A stretch of DNA of 63,495 nt, counting the filler, from Reticulomyxa filosa (lineage: Eukaryota; Protista; Foraminifera), in assembly GCA_000512085.1 (NCBI GenBank). It is 17 parts of 17 records of this genome, joined end to end, with 100 filler letters (N's around TTAATTAATTAA, not from the genome) between each part and the next. Parts side by side here need not be neighbours in the genome. Positions count along the whole stretch, not along the records: positions 11,156 to 17,251 come from ASPP01000325.1; positions 17,352 to 20,150 come from ASPP01007242.1; positions 20,251 to 21,715 come from ASPP01018821.1; positions 21,816 to 23,377 come from ASPP01012002.1; positions 23,478 to 25,582 come from ASPP01047221.1; 12 more parts are not named here. The stretch is one strand, 5' to 3'. Under the pieces are notes generated by a model. That model did not search any database. It was not told the DNA's origin and saw only the letters and a list, made by a program, of their open reading frames with translations. The translations under genes were made by a program, and so were the position numbers. This document shows, piece by piece, positions 12,047-24,030 of this stretch. Position 1 is the stretch's first letter. Every line of letters starts with the position of its first letter.

Positions 12047-14413
12047 TTACAAAGCTTTCCACAATCGAATTGTTCCATCATGAGAAGAAGAGGCAATTGT
12101 ATTTCCATTTGATGTAATGTCCAGCCTTGCCCAGTTTTGTCCTTTTAATATTTGTATGTCCACTTCCAAGTCCAAATCCCATATTCGAACTGTGCTGTCA
12201 TATGAACACGACACAATTGTTTGACCACTTGGAAAAAATTTAACATCTCTTATCTCACTAGAATGTCCTAACAATTTTTTCAGTTGTACTCCCGATATTG
12301 CATTCCATATTCGAATTGTTTCATCTTTTGAAGCTGACACAATCAATTGACCATTTGGTGAAAATTGTGCTCTAACTACACTGCCAGAATGCCCTTTTAA
12401 TTCTTTTAGCATTTCACCAGTGTTTACATCCCATATCCTAATTGTTTCATCATTTGACGCTGAAACAACTTGTTGATCGTTAGGTGAAAATTGTACATCA
12501 GTTATACCCCTAGAATGACCTCCAATTCTCTTTATCTCTTGTCCCGATTCTATATCCCATATTCTAATTGTTCGATCGTATGAGCCAGATACAAGAGTTT
12601 TTCCATCCGACGAAAAGTGAATTTTTGTTACCCAATCAATGTGTCCTCCTAGTTTCCTTATTTCTGTCCATAAATTTGTAGACCATAATCGGATTGATTT
12701 GTCCCATGAGCATGAAGCAAATATATTTCCATCTGGCGAGAATTGTGCATCATTAATCCAACTAAAATATTCTTTCAAAACTTTAATCACCTCTCCTGAG
12801 CGTACATCCCATATTTGAACAGTATTATCAAATGAAGATGAAACAATCTTGGTACCATCAGGTGAAAATCGTATACAGCACACACTATCTGAATGCTTTT
12901 GTAGGACTTTTACTTGCTTGAAGTACTTTCTCTGTTTTGAGATGTCAAATTATTGAATGTATTGTCAAAGAAGAAAAAAAACACAAATAAAACACAAATA
13001 CCAAAATATAGCTTAAAATAATGTCGTTAAGCTCATCAATCCATTTACTTTTGGTGAACAATGAGCCAATCCAATGATCAATTATAATTTCAACTTCTTT
13101 TTTTTCTTTATATATATGTATATATGTATATATATCAGCAAATCTTAGTAAGCACAGTTTTATAGAATAAATGCGAATTTTAAGTTAACTTTCAATTTTT
13201 TCATACCAGATCCATTTTCTATTTCATTCAGCTCTCTCTTGATTTCGTCAATTTCAATCAATTGTCTCTCAAGCTGTGTCTCTTCTCTCATCCATATATC
13301 TACTTTTGTTTTAATATGGGCCGATGCATCTCTTTTTCCATATTGTCTCCCAAAAATGTGTACACACATGTCAGCTTCGTTTAATATCGCAAAGCAATCA
13401 TTCAATGCAAAGGGCAAATTTTGCTCAAATTTCATCCATGTATTATTTTTCATGGAATATTTGTGCACTTTTTCTGAGGTAATAAACTTGGTATTGCCAT
13501 TTCCACCAAAAAATAAGATACAATCACTGACACATACATATCCATATAAATTCACTGCAAGTGTTGTGCAAACTGGTACGTTGTGAAATTGAAAGCTATT
13601 GTTGTCTTCATTATACTCAATAGAAAATCCAATGCTCCAATAGAATAACATCATTTCATGTATTTTTTTATTGTCCTTTGATATTGGTAACCCATTTTCT
13701 GTCTTTAACACAAAGCACGGATATCTTATGCTATTATCCTTGTCAATTGGTAAAGTAGTTTGCTTCACATATTCAAATGTATTCAAATCAATCACATCAA
13801 TATTTCCTGGATAATACACCACAAATAATAAATGATTATTACTGCCAGCGATCAATGCACGTACTCCATAGTAGTCGTCTTCAGATCTTCCAATATGAAT
13901 CACATCATTGCTACTGTAAGTATAATTAACCATGTCACTGTCGCTATCTTTTTCTTCATCATCATCATCATCATCATCAACTTTTTCATTGCTATTGATA
14001 ACAAGAGGTATCCATTGATTGAAAAGTTCTGTAGTTTTACATTCATTTTCGTTTGCATCATCGTCCTTATCCCAAACACTCACATACTTCATCACCAATG
14101 TATGTCCGGACGTATATTTTGCTCCCCCGAAAGATAGCAACGTAATGTAATTTGGATTGCTGTCGTTCACACACTTTACTATACAATGTCCACCTAACTC
14201 AACTCCATCTGGGTAAAAGCAGATGTGTTTGTACTGATTTTTTTGTGTATGATAGGAATAACAAGCAGTTTCCTTATCTCCTGCACAAATAAGAATTTCA
14301 TTATTGTGCGTCACGCACTGAGTAAGATGAAGTGAACATGGCAAGGGAGGTAAAGTCTCAAAGCAAGTTGTAATATTGATGTCCAGTGCTTCTCTCGCTT
14401 TGCTGTCATCCAT
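12047..14413 (-). CDS. Kelch-like beta-propeller + helical linker exon + 7-bladed WD40 protein (3 exons)
   Basis: Exon 1 (14413 to ~13200) has kelch-like GG motifs (LLSFGG, ILFFGG). Exon 2 (13105-13002) is EVEIIIDHWIG...WIDELNDIILSYIL. Phase-0 intron 13001-12932. Exon 3 (12931-12047) has seven GH...FSPDG...IVSxSxDxTIRIWD repeats. The first donor is ambiguous; a phase-1 GTATGA near 13207 fits. Confidence 0.85.
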
Positions 14414-14938
14414 TTTAATAAAAAAAAAATGTGATATAACAATGGATTATGCTGATCTAGTTTTTTTTGTTGAAAGGTTAATCCTTAAAAAAAAGTCTGA
14501 CAAAATTTCCGTTGCTTAAAGAATGAAACATAACAAGACAAAAAAAAATTGGTACTTGCGTATAAGATTTTCATTAAAGAAAAGAAGGATATTGTAATAT
14601 GAAAATAGAGAATTCAAAAAAGTGAGCATTGAAAACCTGAAAAAATTAAAATATTAGCCCAAATCATTTCAATGCCATTCATAATATTAATTTTACAAGT
14701 TTGAAATGTGAATGATTTGTCATAGTTTATGTCTGCTCAAACATTGCGAAACCTATTAGAGAGCACCTCAATAGTGTAAACAAAAAGTAAAATAAGAAAA
14801 AAATATTGGCAATTAAGGCATCATTATAGGAAAGCATTTATTGTAAGCGAAAAAAAATCAAAATTCATTGCAGAGGTTAAAAACACAACAACAATAACAA
14901 CAACAACAACAACAACAACAACAAAAAAGCAGTTATCA

Positions 14939-17209
14939 TCATACTGACTTTTCACTCAATTCCCTCAGTTTTTGTTTTGCTCGCCATGTGACACCACTCC
15001 ATTCCCCTAGTACGGTACTAGCCATTTTCCAAGCCTCTTCAAAATGTTTGCATGCGGTGTTTTTTCTTCTATTTTTTCGAATAGACATCCCAAGTTCCAA
15101 TAAGTATTAGCAATATATCTGCTCGTGCTCCCGGATATCCCTTGCCTGATCTTCAATTCCTTTTCATAGCATTCGATTGCTTTGGGATACATAGTCTCGT
15201 GTTTGTAAGCAAGTCCCAGCTTGTGATATGAAGAGGCGACTTTGCTGTGATTGTTACCAAAAATGGTGACTCGAATTTGCAATGCTTTTTCATTGCATTC
15301 AATTGCTTTTTGATATTGTTTTGTATTGCGATAGATTTTTCCTAAGGCGTAATATAAATCAGCGACGTCACTGTGGTCAATCCCAAAAATTTTCAATCGA
15401 ATTTTTAATGCCTGTTCGTAGGATGCAATTGCTTTGTCATATTGTTTTTTTTTTTGAATGTGAATCCTAGTCTGCAGTACATTTTGGCGACATCCTTGTG
15501 ATCATTTCCAAAGAGTTTCAATCGAATATGTAGTGCCTTTTCATAGCATTCAATTGCCGTATCATACAATCTTTGATGTTTATAGGTGCGTCCTAAATTT
15601 TTATACAATTGAGCAACGAAATCACAATTACAATCAAACACATTCAACACAATGGTCAAAGCCTTTTCAAAAAATGTGATTGCCTCGCCATATCTTTTTT
15701 CCCAGCATGTGAGCGTCCAAGCAAGTTGTATGAAATAGCAACATAAGGATGGCCCAGGCCAAATGTATCCACACAGATTTGCAAATATTTCATCAAAGGA
15801 CTAATGGCATCATCAACAAGTCCCTCTTTTTTTTTGTCCTCAAGTTCTTGAAGTTGGATTGGAATATCATGATGCATTCTGGAGTCCCATGGAATGGGTG
15901 AGAGCAATTGTCTCACCCTGTCATCGACAAGTGCAGCAGTCTTTGTGACAAACACTTGTGTTGTGATATTGGCATTCTCTTTGCATTGGAGTTGGCAATT
16001 GACGGCATACACATTGCCATCAATTGTCACTCCATCCAATATTATCGATTTGCGTTTGATAACATAGAGCCAGTAATCCTCAATGCGTTTTTTTAATACC
16101 TTGTCACTGCTATTCACCAATGTCATAAAAGACGACGAAGAAACACAAGAATTGTCCATTGTGGTCTTCCATTCAAGGGCGTTGCAAGCGACAACAACCA
16201 ATCCTTTTTTATTACTGTCCATCATCTGCTGCACCACTTTTGCAGCCTCCACATTTGCCTTCCTCCAATTTCTGTTCCAATGTTTTTTGAAGTCCAATGT
16301 TTCCAATATGATATCCTTTCCAACCATTGATTGTGTCAATTGGATATCTCCCCCATTATTATCATAGTTATGTTGCTTCGCCAATCTTGGAAGCAAGTAC
16401 ATATCAGCGCGCGAGGACAAATCTGTTTGTATATCTTTTGTTTCCAATGCCCGACCAAACATGCTTTCCATCACAGATTCGAAACTCTTGTTCGTATTGT
16501 TTGCAACGGCCTGACAAAATGTCTCTGTGAAAAAATGATCTCGTTTTGTGTTTGCATTGTTTACATTATCAACAACAATCGTCTTTTCGGCTGTATTTGC
16601 AGAAAGTGTGAATATATCCGCGTCATGACTGTACCACACCTTTCTTGGAATTGTTTCATTTCCTTGATTCAATTCAATGGAATCAATCACTTCTTCTTTT
16701 TCTTCTTCTTTTCTTCCTTTGCATGTTATTTTGATAAATAGCTTCGGCTTTCCAACAAAATATGCTGTCTTTTTTACAAATTCTTCTTGAATATTCTTCA
16801 AATGCTTGGTCCTTTCATCACTGGTAATCAATATAGACTCATCCACTTCAATACCTCCATGTCCACACCACACAAAAATTAATCCGTCATAATCATTGCT
16901 ATTGCCTTTGCGACCATCCTTCAAATCCACACAATGCTTCAAAATAAAATTTTCCAATCCATTGAACGTCAGCGATTCTGTCTTTGGGTTTTGTGGGTCA
17001 TATGTTGTAAACACTTCGTAACCCAATTTCGATTCAAACAGCGTCTTCAATAACTCAAAGTCGTGCTTCACTCCTTCCAAATATTGTCGCTGCTCATATT
17101 TCATTGCTCCTGTCAATAATACTAATGGACACTTTATCTTAAATGGCATTGGCGCTGCTTCTTTGTTTTCTTCTTGCTTTTCCAAAGTCTCATCCTTTTT
17201 TGACATCAT
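14939..17209 (-). CDS. Caspase-fold (peptidase C14-like) domain + central domain + TPR array, with 3 apparent frameshifts in A-runs
   Basis: PLVLLTGAMKY...DFELLKTLFESKLGY, DGLIFVWCGHGG (catalytic His motif, ~16860), KPKLFIKITCKG (Cys motif like QACRG, ~16722). About 42-aa kinesin-light-chain-type TPRs follow (AIECYEKALHIRLKLFGNDHKDVA). Reading frame is restored by +1 A at 15695-15700, 15445-15455 and 15060-15065. Confidence 0.85.
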
Positions 17210-17212
17210 TTC

Positions 17213-17251
<39 letters not shown>

Positions 17252-17452
17252 NNNNNNNNNNNNNNNNNNNNNNNNNNNNNNNNNNNNNNNNNNNNTTAAT
17301 TAATTAANNNNNNNNNNNNNNNNNNNNNNNNNNNNNNNNNNNNNNNNNNNNTTTTTTTTTTTTTTTTTTTTTTTTGTAAACGATTTTTTTTTTTTTGTGG
17401 ATATGTTTTATAGACAAATTCACACATATATACACATCAATTTGTTTTGTAG

Positions 17453-18684
17453 GACAGTGCGTCAAGCAGCAATCGCAATTGAAAGCTTACAGACAAATCG
17501 CTACGAACAATTCAAAGATATGTACCAACGTGTGTTTCAACCGGCCGTGGAGAGCATTGCCGATTTTAGCAGTCGTTTGAAAAATCAATTGCAATACTTC
17601 AAAACGACGGGCGGACGTGTGACGAACAACTTGCAGCAAAGCCGCAGCAATTACGAGTCGCGATGGCAAAACTACGAGAAATCATTGCAAGACACATTGA
17701 CATTGCAAAGCAAAGGCGAGACTGCGCCCACAGATCCATTTTTACTTGGCAAAGAATTTGATCATGTTCAAAAAGAGTACACGCATCATCAAAAACGATA
17801 CAACGAAGAAATGAGTCGTTTGTTTCGTGAATTGGTGTTGGCCGACGGCCGACGTATTGACAGCATGAAATTAATTTTGGTGGATTATTTCTTGGCCGAA
17901 AAAGCCAAAGCCGTCAACTGTGTCAAAATGCTCGAGTCTTCATTGGAATATATCAAAGCGATCGACCGCGAACGTGATGTTAACGAATTCCTACATCGCG
18001 GAGAATTCTTAATCGCCGATTTGGAAAAAAATCACAAATCTCCTGTTTCTGGTCATCCTTTGCCAACTACAACTTCCTCTACTACTGCTAACGCCCCTTC
18101 CACAAATCCTACGACAAATCTTACCGACAAAGATGGAAATTCCACAGAGAGCAAAGATGCTACCAGAGATGTCCCAAATACCAAAAGCATCTTCGACGTT
18201 GGTGTCCATGAGTTTTCCAAAAGAACTCGGGAAGTATCCAATATGGTGTATAAAGACGTCGTTCGCTGGGGTACATTACATAGACCTGGCCGTATCATCG
18301 CTGCTAATTGGAAGCCTTTGTTTGCTGTCATCACAAAATTTGGATTCTTACATTTATTTCAAACTAAACAAGTTTGTGTCTGTTTGTTCACTTGTGCTTA
18401 CCTGGATCTATCTCTTTATATACACATATACAATATATGCATATATATTCTTTTTGCAATAGGATCTGAAACCAATGGTATCTATAATTTTATCAAATGT
18501 CGAAGTTGAAATGAAAAAAGATGAAAGTAGTCGCAAAAATCCCGCTTACACGTTTGAAGTTGTTGTCCCAAATACCAGTTATTGGTCACTAACAGGGAAT
18601 CCATCACGTTACTCGTTCAAATGTGACTCATTTGAAGAGTGTGTTGACTGGGTTGTCCAAATCAAAAAGTTCATATTCAAGTAA
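17453..18684 (+). CDS. BAR-like coiled coil + C-terminal PH domain protein (5' truncated)
   Basis: Long helical region followed by PH signature WGTLHRPG...WKPLFAVITKFGFLHLF | ...YSFKCDSFEECVDWVVQIKK*; intron ~18372-18462. Confidence 0.75.
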
Positions 18685-20335
18685 TTATTTCCACAGAGAT
18701 ATCTTTATTGTATTTTCTACTGTGCTTTATTTTAACTTTTCGTATTGATGAAAAACACAACAATTTTCAATCAAATGAAAAACAATTTTTGAGAGAGTTT
18801 TTCAGCTTTTTGTCCTCAAGGAAGAAAAATTCTCTATCTCAATTTGTTGTGTTTTAAAAATATTGTTTTTTTTGTTTGGTTTTTTAAAACAACAAATTAT
18901 GGAAAAACCAGAGTTTTTCTATTGTTTGCTTGTTATTTTTTTTCCATCTCCCTTTTTTGTCTTTGGGACAACATTTAGTGAAACAAAAATGATAATTATT
19001 TAAAACGAAGAGGTCCATCTATCGCTTAAGCAGAGCCTTTAAAGAGATGTCTCAAAGTTTAGTCACTGTAAAATTTTGTACAAGTCTTAGTAATAATAGA
19101 TGTTTTGCACACTTTAGGGATAAAAAGTACTTTACTCTGTAGCAGAAATGCAATTTTTTTATTTGTTCGAGGTTGAAAAAAATTTGTTGGCAGGTAGACC
19201 ATGCATGACTTTGAAGGTATAGGCATCCCTCTAAACAGCGCACTTTCGTTGTACAAAACTCTTTTCATTTGAAGCGAGAACATGTTTTTCTATTTCACAA
19301 CGAGCTGCTTCCCAGTTCTAAGTAAGGAACAAAAAAAAAGGTAAAACAAAAAACTCTTTAGATTAAAATGTCGAGACCTCAACATAGAAAAGTTAGTATT
19401 TCTCTGCTAATCTGGGGAAGGAGTGACTAAAGTAAACACTTGACTTTCTATATGTGTTTAAAGGATTTATTTGATGTACAGTACAAACAACTCAGTCGAG
19501 TAGATGAAATATTTGGATTGGTATATGACACAATTAAGTTAAATATATTTGTTGTGTGAAACTAAATATAAATAAAGATAAAAATAATAAACAAATAGCA
19601 ATTAAATCACAAGAACAAATATTAAAAAATAGAAAGAATAGACAAAAAAAACCAATAATAATAACGAAACAAAGCTCAAGCAATTGAATGTGCGTTTATT
19701 CGGCGAGCAAACAGAGACGAATCAAGACTGTAATACAAGTAAGTGCGACTTGATGATAAACAGCAAGCAACTGATAATCGACCGAAAGAACATAAAGACG
19801 TCGACGAAGCAAAAAGGTTACTACGTGGTGAAGTTGTTGGATATAAGCGAGCATGCGGACACTTGTATGTACATTGAGTTAGCAATCATAATACTTTCCA
19901 AGGTGTAGTGATCGTCTGGATCGTGATTGTGACAACATTGCAAGAAATAAAGCGTCGTGTGGAAGCAAGACAGACATTGTGTAAAGTTCATAATTTTGTG
20001 AATAAATGTGCCATTTGCGATCAGTTGAGCTGATTATCGTTGATGAATCATGTATCAAGAGCATGACATAACATTACAACATACTATTTGACAGTAGACC
20101 GAAAATATTAAGATTTAATATCGTACAATAACCACAATATTAATATAATANNNNNNNNNNNNNNNNNNNNNNNNNNNNNNNNNNNNNNNNNNNNTTAATT
20201 AATTAANNNNNNNNNNNNNNNNNNNNNNNNNNNNNNNNNNNNNNNNNNNNGATCGAAAGACAATACTATTGAAAAATAGTCAAAATTTCAAAGTTTCAAA
20301 TTAAATATTCATAAGTATTTTCTTTAACAAAATAG

Positions 20336-20672
20336 TTGACGGCATATGTGAGAGTGGATAAAAGAAAAATATTGATAAACAATGAAAGAATAGATATTTG
20401 AAGAACTATTTTGTCAAATTATTATTGTTTGGAATGGAAAGACATTCAAAAAATAAAAAATGAAAATGTAAGGTTTGAATTGGTCAATATGGAAAATAAC
20501 ACTATTGAATCAAACAAAGATGTGAAAAGAAAATTTTAAAAGAACAAACCTTCATTTAAAATAATTTAGACTCCATTTCAACCAATAATAATCGGAAAAA
20601 CGAAAACAATTAAAAATGTATTAGTAATGGTGATTGCAATTAGTGGATATATTGATAGCACAAAATGGCACT
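20336..20672 (+). pseudogene. Decayed N-terminal fragment of a caspase-fold family gene
   Basis: CLEWKDIQKIKNENVRFELVNMENNTIESNKDVKRKF*KNKPSFKII*TPFQPIIIGKTKTIKNVLVMVIAISGY. Two in-frame stops and a frameshift; the final strand (NVLVMVIAISxY) matches the first beta-strand of C14-like domains (compare CPLVLLTGAMKY at ~17120). Confidence 0.5.
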
Positions 20673-20928
20673 TACACAGATTTAATACAAAATTCAAAAA
20701 TAAGAAACATTCTATTTTTTAATTTCAAAGTTTTTACATTGTAAAATTGTTGTTACTGATTATTGTGATGCAAAGATATTTTACAAAATATAACATTGAT
20801 CTTTCATTTCAAAATGTTTTTTATGTACACATTAGTTCAATTTTTCCTTTTTAAACAAAAGTTCAAGTATTTTTTTCATCTTGCATCATCAAAAAACATA
20901 TCAAGAACAAAGTAAAAAAAGCTCAAAA

Positions 20929-21715
20929 ATGAACTTAAACTTATCAATGAAAGTTAAGTCTAAGTTGTCTTTACGTTTTTATTCTTTATTTAGCGTTATT
21001 ACATGTAATTGAAACAGTCGAAAGAAGAAGAGATCCAAATCATTATTCATCATTGGATTCGAACATTAAACATTAAATTAGGATGGATCAAAGATTTTGA
21101 CAAACTTGTTGTCAATTATTATGTCAGTTTATTTGTTTCTTTTTCATTTTATCAATCAAAATATTCAAATGTTTATTCAACATAGTCATCTACTGTCTTC
21201 ATATTTGACACATTTCGTTCATCATCTAAATTAATTAATACATTCATTGGACATACTAGCTATGTGTGGAGCATTGATTATTCAACATTTGATGATTGTC
21301 AATTCATTTGTTCTGGATCACAAGATAAAACAGTTCGTGTATGGAATGTTGATAACAACAAACAAATTGAATCATTCAATGGACATTCAAGTTATGTGTG
21401 TTGTGTGAAATTTTCATCATATCATTATCATAATCATCATCAAAATGTCATTTGTTCTTCATCGGGTGACAAAACCATTCGTTTTTGGGATTTCAAACAT
21501 AATAAACAATTACAAATATTCAATGGACACACATTGAGTGTTAATGGAATTGAATTTTCACCATTTAATGGTGGTAGATATTTGTGTTCTGGATCAAATG
21601 ACAAAAAAATTTGTTTATGGGATGTTGAAACATCAAAATTATTACATGTTTTCAATGGACATACACGTGATGTCGGGTGTGTTGATATTTCACCATTACA
21701 AAGCAATAATAATAA
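20929..21715 (+). CDS. WD40-repeat protein with N-terminal 'EEEIQIIIHHW...WIKDFDK' exon (3' truncated)
   Basis: Putative exon 20929-20952 (MNLNLSMK), exon 21018-21122 (SKEEEIQIIIHHWIRTLNIKLGWIKDFDKLVVNYY), intron 21123-21185, then GH...ICSGSxDKTVRVW repeats up to the contig end. Confidence 0.85.
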
Positions 21716-21815
21716 NNNNNNNNNNNNNNNNNNNNNNNNNNNNNNNNNNNNNNNNNNNNTTAATTAATTAANNNNNNNNNNNNNNNNNNNNNNNNNNNNN
21801 NNNNNNNNNNNNNNN

Positions 21816-21918
21816 CCGAGCCGATCTTCTCGTCACCCGTGCCGTAGATCGTGGCGCCGGTGAGAGTTTCGGGGGTGAGCTCGTCGGCCGTCAGGCGGAT
21901 ATGTTTGCTGTGGTTCAT
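21816..21918 (-). CDS. Bacterial PRC-barrel domain protein, N-terminal fragment
   Basis: MNHSKHIRLTADELTPETLTGATIYGTGDEKIG preceded by a GGAGG Shine-Dalgarno (21928-21932 on the minus strand); GATIY..DEKIG is the PRC-barrel signature. Confidence 0.75.
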
Positions 21919-22049
21919 GGTGGGGATCCTCCTTTGGATTTCAGGCACGACAACCCGCCCGCCATGTCTACGTTGCAACCGCATTTGGATCGGGAGACAT
22001 CCGATCGGCAGATTCGGTCGCTGCATCGAGGCGACCGAAGGTTGCTCCG

Positions 22050-22312
22050 GGCGGCCAGTGGGGCGCTGGCCTTCATGCTTTTCGTGCTGCTGCTGCTCGG
22101 AATGATGCCCCGGTGAGGATCATGCTGCTCACGCTGCCCGGGTCTTCCTGCCGGTGGTGGAAGCGTACGGCTGTGCCCCCATCTGGCTCGGCGCGATCTT
22201 CATCACATCTACTGGTCGGTCATCCCCTACGTGCTGGTGACCTTCGTCGGCGTGCTGATCCTCATCGCCTTCCCCGACATTGCGCTGTACTTTCCCAACC
22301 TGTTCTTCGGTG
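22050..22312 (+). pseudogene. Remnant of a bacterial TRAP transporter large permease (DctM) C-terminus
   Basis: Frameshifted pieces LLLLGM / IMLLTLP / FLPVVEAYG.PIWLG / IPYVLVTFVGVLILIAFPDIALYFPNLFFG match typical DctM C-terminal helices. Confidence 0.6.
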
Positions 22313-22359
22313 TGTCGAAGTGGGAGTCTGCGTACCCGCCCTTCGGGACCAGGGAAGGG

Positions 22360-23377
22360 ATGTCGATGGGATTGAAGCGCAAGGTCAGCGTCTTCCTGTT
22401 CGCGGTCATGCTGGCCGTCAGCCTAGGCGCGACGGTCGTGGCCTCGCTGGCCATGTACCGGCTGGTCTCGGAGAAGCAGGACGCCGAAATCCACAGGTTG
22501 GAGACCAGCCTTTCCGACCGCTTTGCCGTTTTCGAGGCGCTGCTGCGCTCGCAGCACGCGGAAATCGTCGCGCACATGGAAAAGGTCCTGCCGCAGATCG
22601 CGGCGGAACTCGACCGGACCGGTCGTGACCCCGCGGACCTCACGGTTGGCCGAGCTCGATGCGCTCACCCGGAAGTACGGCGTGCAGCACATCTACTTCG
22701 TCGATCGCACACACAAGGTGTTTCAGACCAACCTCGCGAGCGACATGAACCTGACCTTCCCCGAGAGCAGCTTCACGCGCTTCCTCGACACGGTCTATGG
22801 CTCGAACAAGGTGATGAGCGACGGCATCGACCTGTCGAGCCTGACGGGCACTTTGCGCACCTACAGCTACTTCGGGCCCGAGGGGAAGGACTACATCATC
22901 GAGACCTCGACCGAGGTGCGCGCCAGCCTGTCGGAGGGGAACTTCGGGTGGATGGGCGCCTACTTCTTCCAGGATCTGTTCGCCGACGCGCTGCGCTCCA
23001 ATCCCTATTTGAAGGAAGTCGACCTCTATCTGGTCACGCCGGCCGGCGCATGGTCGCTGCTGCACATCGGCCAGAAGCTCGAGCCCGCGCTGGTCGAGCA
23101 CCTGATGAAGGTGCGTCGCGAGGAAATCCCGGCCGGCGACGGCCGCTATCTCACCGTCTACAGCGGCGAGGAGACCGCGGCGGGGACGCAGGCCGGTCAC
23201 CCGGTCACCTCGAAGTTCGTCATCCGCAAGATCACCTACGACACGGGGCTCGCGCGGGAGGCGGTCCTGCACGTGCTGCTGAGTTCGATCATCGTGCTCG
23301 CGGTCATGCTGCCGCTCGTGTTCTGGATCGCCTCGCGCCTCCTGCAGAGGCAGCTTCTCGATCCCCTGTTCAGCCTG
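22360..23377 (+). CDS. Bacterial membrane sensor (TM-periplasmic domain-TM-start of HAMP), 3' truncated, one frameshift near 22647
   Basis: TM1 VSVFLFAVMLAVSLGATVVASLA, a long periplasmic region with HIYFVD, TM2 VLLSSIIVLAVMLPLVFWIA, then RLLQRQLLDPL (HAMP start); high GC3 codon usage. Confidence 0.75.
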
Positions 23378-23477
23378 NNNNNNNNNNNNNNNNNNNNNNN
23401 NNNNNNNNNNNNNNNNNNNNNTTAATTAATTAANNNNNNNNNNNNNNNNNNNNNNNNNNNNNNNNNNNNNNNNNNNN

Positions 23478-24030
23478 GCAATACAACCCAAATGTCATAA
23501 TACTCAGTGTAAGGCTTTTTCGACTGTGTATACTGCGATTTGAGCTGATCATAACGATCCAGTAACTGCAACTTTTCCATGGTTTTCATTTCTTCAATGT
23601 GCTGCTTTTGTAAATTATCCTGCTTGGATTGCAATTCTTGCATTTTTTTATCTTTTTCGATACGCTCCTTTTCTAGCTCTTGCAGGTTCCTTTCTCGCTC
23701 TTTTCGCAATGTCTCATCCAGCTTTCTTTGATGCTCCGTTTTGGTTGCGTCCAATTGCTTTGTAAACCACTGCGACTGGTCGCTCATTTGTTGTCTCAAA
23801 TTTTGATTCCCTTCTTCCAATGTCTTCAAGTCCCCATCCAATTTCTCCAATTCCTTTTGCTGTAGCTCTTTCATTTGTCTCTCTTGCGCTTCGTGCTGAA
23901 GTTGGAGTTGTCTTTGTCTTTCTTCGTGCTCTGCTTGCATTCTCTGAACTTGCTCTGGTGAAATGCCATGATGGACAATTATAGTTGTATGGCTACTCTT
24001 ACCCCCAAAAAATTTTTTTAACCGACGCAT
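23478..24030 (-). CDS. Coiled-coil protein, 3' truncated (possibly leading into a globular or GTPase domain)
   Basis: Intronless Q/E/K-rich heptad ORF ending in a hydrophobic strand YDIWVVL at the contig edge. Confidence 0.7.

Noticed and set aside
19676-20064. Coding-like stretch
   Set aside because: Multiple stops and no recognisable motif; cannot be assigned.
22113-23272. Long overlapping ORFs 22113-22628 (+) and 22640-23272 (-)
   Set aside because: Shadow ORFs expected in high-GC DNA; the sensor frame has the coherent TM architecture.
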